Shown here: in pieces, positions 16,062-27,528 of the stretch
Numbering within the stretch: position 1 is the first letter of the stretch
Layout of the letters: every line of letters begins with the position of its first letter
Source of the DNA: Nocardioides sp.
Lineage (GTDB): Bacteria > Actinomycetota > Actinomycetes > Propionibacteriales > Nocardioidaceae
DNA length: 64,000 nucleotides
Direction: 5' to 3'
Assembly: GCF_029937575.1 (NCBI RefSeq)
Contig: NZ_JAPYPS010000016.1
Span: 3,706-67,705, forward strand
The notes under the pieces: model-generated
What the model was told of the DNA's origin: nothing
Databases searched by the model: none
Seen by the model: only the letters and a program-made list of their open reading frames with translations
Made by a program: the position numbers and the translations under genes

Positions 16062-17429
16062 ATGAGCCTGCCCACCACCGCCGTCATCGGCGCCGGGATC
16101 AGCGGTCTGACCTCGGCCAAGATGCTGCTCGACTACGGCGTGCCGGTCACCGTCTTCGAGGCCTCCGACCGGGTCGGCGGCAACTGGGCGTTCGGCAACC
16201 CCAACGGACACAGCAGCGCCTACCGCTCGCTGCACATCGACACCTCCAAGCACCGACTGTCCTTCAAGGACTTCCCGATGCCCGAGGACTACCCGGACTT
16301 CCCCCACCACACCCAGATCAAGGCCTACCTCGACTCCTACTGCGACGCGTTCGGGATCCGCGAGCACATCGAGTTCCAGAACAGGGTGATGCACGCCGAG
16401 CGGCTGCCCGGCGGCGGCTGGGAGCTGCTCGACGAGGCGGGCGAGCGTCGGCACTTCGACTTCCTGGTCGTCGGCAACGGTCACCACTGGGACCCGCGGA
16501 TGGCCGACTTCCCCGGCGAGTTCACCGGAGAGTCCATCCACGCCCACCACTACGTGGACCCCCACGACCCGCTGGACTTCACGCACAAGAAGATCCTGGT
16601 CGTCGGCCTGGGCAACTCCGCGGCCGACATCACCGTCGAGCTCTCCAGCCGCTCCCTGCAGAACGAGGTCACGATCTCGACTCGCTCCAGCGCCTGGATC
16701 GTGCCGAAGTACACCGGCGGCCTGCCGGCCGACAAGTACTACGTCACCACGCCGTACCTGCCCTTGTCGTGGCAGCGGAAGTTCGTGCAGAAGATGCAGT
16801 TCATGGCCGGCTCCAACCCCGAGCTCTACGGCCTGCCCGCGCCCAACCACAAGTTCTTCGAGGCCCACCCGACCCAGTCGGTCGAGCTGCCGCTGCGCCT
16901 CGGGTCCGGCGACGTCACGCCGAAGGGCAACGTCTCGCGCCTCGACGGGCGCACGGTGCACTTCGACGACGGCACGAGCAGTGAGTTCGACGTGATCGTC
17001 TACGCCACCGGCTACAACATCACCTTCCCCTTCTTCGACGAGGACTTCCTCAGCGCCCCGGACAACGCGATCCCCCTCTACAAGCGGATGTTCAAGCCCG
17101 GGCTCGACGACCTGGCCCTCGTCGGCTTCGCCCAGTCCACGCCCACGCTCTTCCCCTTCGTCGAGGCCCAGGCCCGCCTCGTCGGGGCGTACGCCACCGG
17201 CAACTACCGCCTGCCCGACGAGGCCACGATGGAGCGGGTGATCGTCGAGGACCAGCAGAAGTACACCGGCCACATGCTCGACCGCCCCCGCCACACCCAG
17301 CAGGTCGACTACTTCATCTACGAGCACGACATGCGCACCAAGGAGATCCCGGCCGGCCGCATGCGCGCCCAGCAGCACGGCGCCCCGCTTCTCGCCGGGC
17401 GCAGCCGGTGCGAGAGCCTCGCTGGATGA
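16062..17429 (+). CDS. Flavin-containing monooxygenase (class B FMO-like)
   Basis: Motifs VIGAGISGL (FAD GxGxxG), FPGEFTGESIHAHHY (FMO FxGxxxHxxxY motif) and VVGLGNSAADI (NADPH site). Confidence 0.88.
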   Translation: MSLPTTAVIGAGISGLTSAKMLLDYGVPVTVFEASDRVGGNWAFGNPNGHSSAYRSLHIDTSKHRLSFKDFPMPEDYPDFPHHTQIKAYLDSYCDAFGIREHIEFQNRVMHAERLPGGGWELLDEAGERRHFDFLVVGNGHHWDPRMADFPGEFTGESIHAHHYVDPHDPLDFTHKKILVVGLGNSAADITVELSSRSLQNEVTISTRSSAWIVPKYTGGLPADKYYVTTPYLPLSWQRKFVQKMQFMAGSNPELYGLPAPNHKFFEAHPTQSVELPLRLGSGDVTPKGNVSRLDGRTVHFDDGTSSEFDVIVYATGYNITFPFFDEDFLSAPDNAIPLYKRMFKPGLDDLALVGFAQSTPTLFPFVEAQARLVGAYATGNYRLPDEATMERVIVEDQQKYTGHMLDRPRHTQQVDYFIYEHDMRTKEIPAGRMRAQQHGAPLLAGRSRCESLAG

Positions 17430-18061
17430 ACGACGTACCGACCATCAGGCAACACGCCGCCAAGGGCGACGAGCGCCGAGCCGCGCTGCTCGCCGCCCTG
17501 GACCACCACCTGCTCGAGGGCGACGGCGCGCTCGACTCCATCAACATCGCCGACATCTCGCGTCGCGCCGGGGTGACCCGCTCGGCCTTCTACTTCTACT
17601 TCGAGTCCAAGGCCGCCGCGGTCGCCGCCCTGTCGGAGGAGATGTACGACGCCTCGCTCGCCGCGGCTGCCCACCTCGCCGCCGACGGCACCCCGGCCGA
17701 CAACATCGAGGCCGTCATCCGCACCCTCTTCGGCGCCTGGGAGAAGCACCAGCACCTCTACCGCGCGATGCTCGACGCCCGCTCGACCAGTCCCGCCGTC
17801 CGGCAGATGTGGGAGTCGGACCGGGCCTCGTTCGTCGCGCCGGTCGCCTCCATCATCACCAGCGAGCGCGACGCTGCCCGAGCCCCCGCCGGCGCCGACG
17901 CCGAGGCGCTGGCCTCGGTCCTGCTCGAGCTCAACGACCGGATGCTCGAGCGGCTCGCGCTCGGCGGCGACGTCCCCCGCGAGACCTTGGTCGAGACGGT
18001 GGTCTCGATCTGGCTGCGCTCCATCTACGGCACCGACTCCACCGGAAGGCTCCACCCATGA
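17426..18061 (+). CDS. TetR family transcriptional regulator
   Basis: HTH region INIADISRRAGVTRSAFYFYFESKAA. ATG 17426 overlaps the FMO stop (ATGA). Confidence 0.88.
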   Translation: MNDVPTIRQHAAKGDERRAALLAALDHHLLEGDGALDSINIADISRRAGVTRSAFYFYFESKAAAVAALSEEMYDASLAAAAHLAADGTPADNIEAVIRTLFGAWEKHQHLYRAMLDARSTSPAVRQMWESDRASFVAPVASIITSERDAARAPAGADAEALASVLLELNDRMLERLALGGDVPRETLVETVVSIWLRSIYGTDSTGRLHP

Positions 18062-18966
18062 ACCCCGACACCATCACCTTCACCAGTGGCGGCGACACGA
18101 TCGATGCCTGGCACTTCGTCGGCAGCGGCGACGCCCTCTCCTCCGCTGCCGGGCGACCGGTCGTCGTGATGGCCCACGGCGTCGGCGGCACCAAGGACTC
18201 CGGCCTCATGGCCTTCGCCACCCCGCTCGCCGCCGCGGGCTGCGACGTACTCGCCTTCGACTACCGCGGCTTCGGCGCCTCGGGCGGCACCCCGCGCCAG
18301 ACGGTCTCGGTCGCCGGCCAGGTCGACGACTACCGCGCCGCGATGGACGCCGCGCGCCGGCTGCCCGGCGTCGACCGCGATCGCCTGGTCCTGTGGGGTG
18401 TCTCGCTGTCCGGCGGCCACGTCTTCGCCGCGGCTGCCGGACGCGACGACGTCGCCGCGATGATCTCGCTGACCCCGCTGGTCGACGGTGTCGCGGCCGG
18501 GCTGCACGCGCTCTCCAGCCACAAGACGTCCGAGATCCTGCGCAGCAGCATCGAGGGCTTCCGCTCCAAGCTCGGGAAGCCGCGGATGATGCCCGTCGTC
18601 GCCCGGCCCGGCGAGCTGGGCTGCCTGACGCTGGAGGGTTCCCTGGAGGACTACACGGCGATCGCCGGGCCCACCTGGGTCAACGAGCTCGACGCCACCG
18701 TCGGCCTCGAGCTCGGCAACCACCGGCCCGGCAAGCTCGCCAAGCAGGTGACCTGCCCGACGTTGGTGCAGATCGCCGACTTCGATCGCAGCGCCCCACC
18801 CCAGGCGGCCGCCAAGGCGGCGTTCAACGCCCGGGCGCTGGTGCGGCACTACCCCGGCGACCACTTCGACGTGTGGGAGGGCAAGCCGTTCCACACCGCC
18901 ACGGTCCAGCACCAGGTCGACTTCCTGACCCGCACGTTCACGCCCGTCATCCAGCCCGTGGCCTGA
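18058..18966 (+). CDS. Alpha/beta hydrolase
   Basis: The sequence is MNPDTITFTSGGDTIDAWHF...VVMAHGVGG...AFDYRGFGASGG... with the nucleophile elbow GVSLSGG. ATG 18058 overlaps the TetR stop (ATGA). Confidence 0.85.
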   Translation: MNPDTITFTSGGDTIDAWHFVGSGDALSSAAGRPVVVMAHGVGGTKDSGLMAFATPLAAAGCDVLAFDYRGFGASGGTPRQTVSVAGQVDDYRAAMDAARRLPGVDRDRLVLWGVSLSGGHVFAAAAGRDDVAAMISLTPLVDGVAAGLHALSSHKTSEILRSSIEGFRSKLGKPRMMPVVARPGELGCLTLEGSLEDYTAIAGPTWVNELDATVGLELGNHRPGKLAKQVTCPTLVQIADFDRSAPPQAAAKAAFNARALVRHYPGDHFDVWEGKPFHTATVQHQVDFLTRTFTPVIQPVA

Positions 18967-18975
18967 CCCGCCGCC

Positions 18976-20661
18976 GTGACGCACTACGACGTCGTGGTCA
19001 TCGGATCGGGCTTCGGCGGGAGCGTCTGCGCCCTGCGGCTGACCGAGAAGGGCTACCGCGTCGGGGTCCTGGAGGCCGGGCGTCGCTGGACCGACGAGGA
19101 CTTCGCCCAACAAGGCTCCCGCGACATGCTGTGGCTCCCGAGGCTGGGCATGTTCGGGCCGATGCGGCTCTCGATGATGGGCGAGATCTCGCTCTTCAGC
19201 GCGGTCGGCGTCGGTGGCGGTTCGCTGATCTACGCCAACACGCTCTACGAGCCGCACGAGGCGTTCTACACCGACCCGTCGTGGGGCCACATCACCGACT
19301 GGCACGCCGAGCTGGCGCCGTACTACCAGCAGGCGCGCCGGATGCTCGGCGTGACGACCAACCCGCGGCTGTGGCCGGCCGACGAGGTGGTCCGCTCCGT
19401 GGCCGAGGACCTGGGGGCCGGCGACACCTTCCAACCGACCGACGTCGGGGTGCTCTTCGACGAGGCCGCACCCGGCCGCAGAGTGCCGGACCCGTTCTTC
19501 GGTGGTGCCGGCCCGGAGCGCAACGCCTGCGTGCACTGCGCGCGGTGCACCTCCGGCTGCCCCTTCAACGCCAAGAACACGCTGCCCAAGAACTACCTCC
19601 ACCTCGCCGAGCAGGCCGGGGCCGTCGTGCACGGCCTGAGCGAGGTGACCGACGTGCGGCCTCGCGACGGTGCCGCCGGCAGCGGCGGGTACGTCGTGAC
19701 CACCCGGCAACCGGGGCTGCGCGGTCACCGCGCCCGGGAGGCGAGGCGCACCTACACCGCCGACCAGGTGGTCTTCTCCGCCGCCGCTCGCGGCACCCAA
19801 ACGCTGCTGCACGCCCTGCGTGACGGCGGCTCACTGCCCGACCTGTCGCCGCGGCTGGGCGAGCTCTCCCGCTCCAACTCCGAGGCGATCGTCAACGTGC
19901 TGGCCCGCGAGCCGCAGGGCTTCGCACGAGGGGTGGCGATCACCTCGTCGTTCCACCCCGAGCCGCACACCCACGTGGAGCTGTGCCGCAGCAACGAGCT
20001 GCAGGAGAAGGGCGCGGTGATGAACGTCCCGCTCGTCGACGGCGGGCCGCGGCGCGTGCTGCGGTTCCTCGGCGGGCAGGTCCGGCGCCCCGGGCCGTTC
20101 CTGCGCACGCGCCGCTCGGAGGACTCCGCCTCACGCACCCTGTCGCTGCTGGTGATGCAGTCCCTGGACAACTCGCTGACGTCGTACCTGCGCCGGGGTC
20201 GGCTCCGCACCCGGGTCGGTGCGGGCGAGCCAAACCCGTCCTGGATCCCGCTCGCCCACGACGTCGTACGCCGCGTCGCCGCGAAGGTGCACGGCGACGC
20301 CACGTCGCTGGCGAGCGACCTGGTCGGCACACCCGCGACCGCGCACTACGTCGGCGGCGCCGTGATCGGCGACTCGCCTGCCTCCGGGGTGGTCGACCCC
20401 TACCACCGCGTCCACGGCTACGACGGTCTCCACGTGATCGACGGCTCCACCATCGGCGCCAACCTCGGCGTGAACCCGTCCCTGACGATCACCGCGATGT
20501 CCGAGCGCGCCTGCGCGCTGTGGCCCAACAAGGGCGAGACCGATCCGCGCCCGGTCGTCGGGGCGGCGTACGAGGCGGTGGCGCCGGTGGCTCCCTCCTC
20601 TCCCGCCGTGCCGGCCGACGCACCCGCTGCGTTGGTGTGGTTGGGGCTGCCGGGGTCCTGA
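18976..20661 (+). CDS. GMC-family FAD oxidoreductase, cholesterol-oxidase (ChoD)-like
   Basis: DVVVIGSGFGGSVCALRLTEKGYRVGVLEAGRRW, GGAGPERNACVHCARCTSGCPFNAKNTL and VIDGSTIGANLGVNPSLTI. It closely follows my recollection of M. tuberculosis ChoD (Rv3409c). Confidence 0.85.
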   Translation: MTHYDVVVIGSGFGGSVCALRLTEKGYRVGVLEAGRRWTDEDFAQQGSRDMLWLPRLGMFGPMRLSMMGEISLFSAVGVGGGSLIYANTLYEPHEAFYTDPSWGHITDWHAELAPYYQQARRMLGVTTNPRLWPADEVVRSVAEDLGAGDTFQPTDVGVLFDEAAPGRRVPDPFFGGAGPERNACVHCARCTSGCPFNAKNTLPKNYLHLAEQAGAVVHGLSEVTDVRPRDGAAGSGGYVVTTRQPGLRGHRAREARRTYTADQVVFSAAARGTQTLLHALRDGGSLPDLSPRLGELSRSNSEAIVNVLAREPQGFARGVAITSSFHPEPHTHVELCRSNELQEKGAVMNVPLVDGGPRRVLRFLGGQVRRPGPFLRTRRSEDSASRTLSLLVMQSLDNSLTSYLRRGRLRTRVGAGEPNPSWIPLAHDVVRRVAAKVHGDATSLASDLVGTPATAHYVGGAVIGDSPASGVVDPYHRVHGYDGLHVIDGSTIGANLGVNPSLTITAMSERACALWPNKGETDPRPVVGAAYEAVAPVAPSSPAVPADAPAALVWLGLPGS

Positions 20662-20667
20662 GCTCGG

Positions 20668-22287
20668 TCAGCGCTCGACCGGCGACGTGCTGTCGGAGAC
20701 TGCGGTGCCCGCGACGTAGGTGTAGCCCTCGGCGACGGTGGCGACGACGACTCGCAGGCGTCGTCCCAGCTGACGGGTCCGGGGGGTGAACGTCCCCGCG
20801 GTGGCACCGCGGACCGGAAGCCCGTCAGCCAGCCACTGGAAGGTCACCCGCGGATTCGTCGCTACGTGGTCCTGGGTCTCCCACGCGCCCGGGGTCACCG
20901 CCAGGGTCGACCCGACCCGAGCGTCGCCGACGATGGTGGGGCGCTCGACGTTCAGGAGCGGGAGACGCTGCAGCACCTTCCGGACGCCGGTGACATCGTC
21001 CCCGCGTCGGACCCGGACCCGGGAGCGTCCGCGATCGAGGAAGGCGGGTGGGCGGTACACCACCTTGTAGCGGCCGGGATCGACACCAGCGAAGCTCCAT
21101 CGCCCGTAGTTGGCGCCCATGGTGAGCGTGGCGGTGCTCGCGACGGTGACCCACGCCCCGGCCCGGCGGGCCATCAGACGCACCGGGAACGACCTGACGG
21201 GTACTGGCCCCGGGCGCAGCCTGACCTTCCCCGCGATGATCGCCCGTCGCTCCAGCGAAGCGCGGAGACCACCGGTCACCTCCTCGGCCCGCACGTCGAT
21301 CGTGGTCGACTGCCCGGGCACCCGGGCGTCCCTCCACCACTCCTCGCGGTAGATCCGGTAGTCCTCGTCGGCGTCGTCGCAGAACCGCAGGACGTAGCGA
21401 CCGGGGATCGACGGCAGCGAGAACTTGCCGACGGCATCCGGGCTGGTCCTGCCGTCGAGCACCCAGGAGTCCCCGGTCTGACGGTACGACCTCACGAGGC
21501 ACCCGGGCCTGCGCTCCCGGTTGCCGTCCTCCACCAGGCGGCCACGGATGTGCCCCACGCGCTGCAGCTTCGTGTCCCCCAGGTCGGTGCTCGCGCCCGG
21601 GGTCACGGAGATCTCGGTCGCGAGGTCCGGCGAAGCCCCACCCACGAACGCGTCACGCAGGGCGTCGTCGTCGACGTCGACCTCCAGCCGCACCACGCCC
21701 TTGGCGATCTGCAGCCGGTAGCGTCCGTCCTCAGAGGTGGTGGCGTTCGGGCTGGACCAGCCGACGAAGGACCACGAGCCGCGTGTCAGCCGCGACGCCC
21801 GGACCGCAGCTCCCACGACCGGCCGACCGAGATCGTCGGTCACGCGCCCGGTCAGCAGTCCCGGCTCGTCGAGCACGGCATCGATGCCGGCGGCGACACC
21901 CGCGTCGTCGAACGTCAGCGGAGTGGCCTCGTCGAGGGAGGAGGCGTCGTCCCACGCCTCGTCTGCCAGCCCGGCGGCGTCGCCGCTGGCCAGGAAGCTC
22001 ACCGAGAGCTCATCCGGCTCGTAGAAGATGGTCGACGCGATCTCGTAGTGGCCGGCGGCATCGGTGAGGACGGGGTCGCCCGACGGACCGGAGAACCGCT
22101 CGGTCCGCGTGTGGAGCTGGACCTCGACTCCGGCCAGCGGCGCGCCCGCCGCATCGGTCACGCGTCCGGCGACCAGTCGGGACGTGCCGTCCGGCGAGGA
22201 GCTCGTCCCGGCGCTGGCGGTGGTGGCGAGAGCAGCAACCAGGGAGGCAACGACCGTCGCGGTCCCGAGTGCACGACCGATGGGCAT
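20668..22287 (-). CDS. Secreted protein with repeated carboxypeptidase-regulatory-like (CarboxypepD_reg) domains and an Ig-like C-terminus
   Basis: Signal peptide MPIGRALGTATVVASLVAALATTASA. The repeated pattern G(R/K)V(T/R)D..G.P..GA.V matches the CarboxypepD_reg type. Confidence 0.7.
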   Translation of the reverse strand: MPIGRALGTATVVASLVAALATTASAGTSSSPDGTSRLVAGRVTDAAGAPLAGVEVQLHTRTERFSGPSGDPVLTDAAGHYEIASTIFYEPDELSVSFLASGDAAGLADEAWDDASSLDEATPLTFDDAGVAAGIDAVLDEPGLLTGRVTDDLGRPVVGAAVRASRLTRGSWSFVGWSSPNATTSEDGRYRLQIAKGVVRLEVDVDDDALRDAFVGGASPDLATEISVTPGASTDLGDTKLQRVGHIRGRLVEDGNRERRPGCLVRSYRQTGDSWVLDGRTSPDAVGKFSLPSIPGRYVLRFCDDADEDYRIYREEWWRDARVPGQSTTIDVRAEEVTGGLRASLERRAIIAGKVRLRPGPVPVRSFPVRLMARRAGAWVTVASTATLTMGANYGRWSFAGVDPGRYKVVYRPPAFLDRGRSRVRVRRGDDVTGVRKVLQRLPLLNVERPTIVGDARVGSTLAVTPGAWETQDHVATNPRVTFQWLADGLPVRGATAGTFTPRTRQLGRRLRVVVATVAEGYTYVAGTAVSDSTSPVER

Positions 22288-22413
22288 GGCGGCATGGTTT
22301 CATCGCAGTGGCGGTCTCGCGGCTCTTTCACCGAGGTCGAGCTGTGCGGGAGTGGCGGTCACGATGTGGTGCGCCCGGTGGCTCTGCTCGCCGCCCCCGA
22401 CCCCGGCGGACCC

Positions 22414-23021
22414 TCAGACGAGGTTGCGCAGTCGGTCGAGCAGCGAGTCCTTGACCGCCTCCGTGATGGCTGCCTCGACCTGACGGTCGAGGTCGGCCGG
22501 GTTGTCGAGGTTGCCCAGCAGGCTGCGCACGTCCAGCTCCTCGACCGTGCGCGTCAGCACGTCGTCGGTCTTGAGCGCGGCATCGATCACGCCGTCCGGC
22601 AGGGCCCGGATGGCGAACTCCAGGATCCCGTTGAGCTCCGCCTGGTCGAGCGCCTCGTCCACCAGCTCCGAGGCCGGCGGCAGGGTGCCGTCGTCGTCCA
22701 TCCGTCGTACGGCGGACAGCAGGCCGTCGCGCAGGGCCTCGACCTCAACGTCGTACACCTCGGCGCTCTGCGCGAGCTCGAGGGTGAGGGCCTCACGGCT
22801 GACGCCCAGCGTGCAGGCGGCGTCGGCGACCCCGAGCAGCACCAGCCGCTCGGTCAGGCCGTCGATGCCATCTGCCCGCGAGGTGACCGGACGCTCGGTG
22901 CAGGCGTCGGGAGGTCGCAGCGGCTCGTAGGTGCCGCCGCCGTTGAGGAGCTGGGTGAGGAGCACGGCCGCGACCAGCACGAGCGAGACCAGGGGCAGCG
23001 TGGCCGACCGCAGCGCGCTGC

Positions 23022-23025
<4 letters not shown>
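22414..23025 (-). CDS. Hypothetical membrane-anchored acidic protein
   Basis: N-terminal TM segment ATLPLVSLVLVAAVLLTQLL followed by a D/E/L-rich body. Its start overlaps the stop of the upstream MFS gene by 4 nt. Confidence 0.55.
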
Positions 23026-25528
<2,503 letters not shown>

Positions 25529-25537
25529 CCCCGGGAC

Positions 25538-26212
25538 TCAGCCTCGCCGTCGTGCCAGCAGGGTCGAGTCGTCGATCTCGAAGGTCTCGCCGTCGCGGAC
25601 CATGGTGCGCGGCCGCTGCTCGACGACGAGCACCTCGAAGTCGTCCGGCAGCGCGGGCAGGAGGTCCTCGGCGACGAACATCGCCTTCTTCATGCCCGCC
25701 GGCATCCGGTCGGCCAGGTGGGAGGGCGCGTGCCCCACCACGAGCAGGTGCCCACCCGGCGCGACCGCGTCGACGAGGCGTCGTACGACGGCGACCATGC
25801 CGCCGTCGGGCGGGTGCAGGAAGTGCGTCGTCACCAGGTCGTACGTCGCGCCTGCGGCGTCGAAGGTGCGGGCGTCCACCTGCCACCAGTCGGTCGGCTC
25901 GGCGACGCCGGCCTCCTCGGCGTGCGCGGCGGCGCGGGCCAGTCCCTTGGCGGAGAAGTCGGCGCCGGTGACCCGCCACCCCTGCTGCGCCAACCAGATG
26001 ACGTCGCCCCCCTCGCCGCACCCGACGTCGAGCGCCGTCCCGGGCGTCAGCGGCGTCACCTCGGTGACGAGCTGGGGGTTGGGGTTGCCGCTCCAGACCT
26101 TGCCCTCCTCCGAGTAGCGCTCCTCCCAGCTCGGCGCCTCGAAGGTCGCCCGGACCTCCTCGTCGCTCATCCCGTGGCCGTGGCCGTGTCCCTGCTTCTC
26201 CTGTGCGGCCAT
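25538..26212 (-). CDS. Class I SAM-dependent methyltransferase
   Basis: ALDVGCGEGGDVIWLAQQG (motif I) and YDLVTTHFLH. The N-terminus has a GHGHGHG tract. Confidence 0.85.
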   Translation of the reverse strand: MAAQEKQGHGHGHGMSDEEVRATFEAPSWEERYSEEGKVWSGNPNPQLVTEVTPLTPGTALDVGCGEGGDVIWLAQQGWRVTGADFSAKGLARAAAHAEEAGVAEPTDWWQVDARTFDAAGATYDLVTTHFLHPPDGGMVAVVRRLVDAVAPGGHLLVVGHAPSHLADRMPAGMKKAMFVAEDLLPALPDDFEVLVVEQRPRTMVRDGETFEIDDSTLLARRRG

Positions 26213-26278
26213 CAGCGGCCGCCGTCGCTCGTCTGCATGTCACCAGCGTGGGGGCGGCCGTCTCCGCACGCCAGATTC

Positions 26279-26295
26279 GTTGCCGTTTCGGCAAC
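26279..26295. promoter_or_regulatory. Inverted repeat GTTGCCG-TTT-CGGCAAC between the methyltransferase and XRE-cupin genes
   Basis: Located in the 101-bp divergent intergenic region, 18 nt upstream of GTG 26314. Confidence 0.4.
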
Positions 26296-26313
26296 ATCGG
26301 CCACAATCAAGTC

Positions 26314-26892
26314 GTGACCGATGTCGAGACCACGCTGGCGGCCGTCGGCCCCCGCCTGCGCGATCTGCGCCTGGCCAGCGCCCTGACCCTTGCGGGGCTC
26401 TCCGAGACGACCGGCATCTCGGTCAGCACGCTGTCGCGGCTCGAGTCGGGCGAGCGGCGTCCCACCCTCGAGCTGTTGCTGCGGCTGGCCCGCGTCCACC
26501 GGCTCTCCCTCGACGAGCTCGTCGACGCGCCCGAGACGGGTGATCCCCGGGTGCGGGCCAAGCCGGTCACGCGGCACGGACGGACGTTCATCCCGCTCAC
26601 CAAGCGACCCGGCGGGCTGCAGGCCTTCAAGCTGGTGATCCCCGCCCACGACCCGGCGCCGCCGTACCGACCGGCGACGCACGAGGGCTACGAGTGGCTC
26701 TACGTGCTCTCCGGCCGCCTGCACCTCGTGCTCGGTCGCCAGGAGATCGAGCTCGGTCCGGGCGAGGTCGCGGAGTTCGACACGCGCACCCCCCACGTCA
26801 TCGCCAACCGGGAGGACCATCCGATCGAGGTGCTGGCGCTGTTCGGCCCGCAGGGCGAGCGGATGCACGTGCGTTCGAGATCAGTCAGGTGA
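26314..26892 (+). CDS. XRE-family HTH regulator with a C-terminal cupin domain
   Basis: The GTG 26314 frame of ORF 26203..26892. HTH LRLASALTLAGLSETTGISVSTLSRLESGERRP; cupin HEGYEWLYVLSGRL...GEVAEFDTRTPH. Confidence 0.85.
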   Translation: MTDVETTLAAVGPRLRDLRLASALTLAGLSETTGISVSTLSRLESGERRPTLELLLRLARVHRLSLDELVDAPETGDPRVRAKPVTRHGRTFIPLTKRPGGLQAFKLVIPAHDPAPPYRPATHEGYEWLYVLSGRLHLVLGRQEIELGPGEVAEFDTRTPHVIANREDHPIEVLALFGPQGERMHVRSRSVR

Positions 26893-27528
26893 GGGCGCCC
26901 AGCTCGGCACGATGAAGAGTCCCTCGGCCTCGATCGCCGCGCCGTCGGCACCGTTGATCTCCGCAGTCACCGTCACCTTGCGGCCGGTGTCCGAGACCAC
27001 CCGACCCGCCAGCGCGACCTCTCCGAGGAGCAGCGGGCGGCGGTAGCGCAGGGTGAGCGTGCCGGTCATCGTGAGCTTCTTCATCGAGCTGGCCGTCACC
27101 CCCATCAGATGGTCGAGCAGCAGCGCGCTCACGCCGCCGTGGACCATCCCGGGCGGGCCCTCGTAGGCGTTGCCCAGGCTGAGTCGGGCCGAGGTCGAGC
27201 CGTCGTCGTGGCGCTCGACCACCATCGGGGGTGCCACCGCGTTGCGCTGGCCCACCACGGCGTTGCCCCACTGCCAGGACCGTCCCGTGTCGTTGCGCAC
27301 GACACGTGCCGGACCCTCCTTGGCGCAACGGCCGAGCAGCTCGGCCGCGGCGGCGAGGTGCTCGCGGGCCGCCGCCACCTCGGCGTCGCCGACCTCGGAG
27401 CGGATCGTCACGTCGACGAGTCGGCGCAGGTCGTCGGTGACCGGCTCGAAGCGAGCCTGGATCTCGTCCACCTCGGCGTCGGTGAGGTCCGCGTGGTCGA
27501 AGAAGCCGCCGTAGGTCTCGGCCCTCAC
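26881..27528 (-). CDS. PaaI-family (hotdog fold) thioesterase
   Basis: GPPGMVHGGVSALLLDHLMG and the hotdog C-terminal half. Its 3' end overlaps the convergent XRE-cupin gene by 12 nt. Confidence 0.8.
   Translation of the reverse strand: MRAETYGGFFDHADLTDAEVDEIQARFEPVTDDLRRLVDVTIRSEVGDAEVAAAREHLAAAAELLGRCAKEGPARVVRNDTGRSWQWGNAVVGQRNAVAPPMVVERHDDGSTSARLSLGNAYEGPPGMVHGGVSALLLDHLMGVTASSMKKLTMTGTLTLRYRRPLLLGEVALAGRVVSDTGRKVTVTAEINGADGAAIEAEGLFIVPSWAPSPD

Noticed and set aside
26881-26892. A 12-nt 3'-end overlap of convergent genes (XRE-cupin and thioesterase)
   Set aside because: Short convergent overlaps are common in compact high-GC genomes. There is no further signal.
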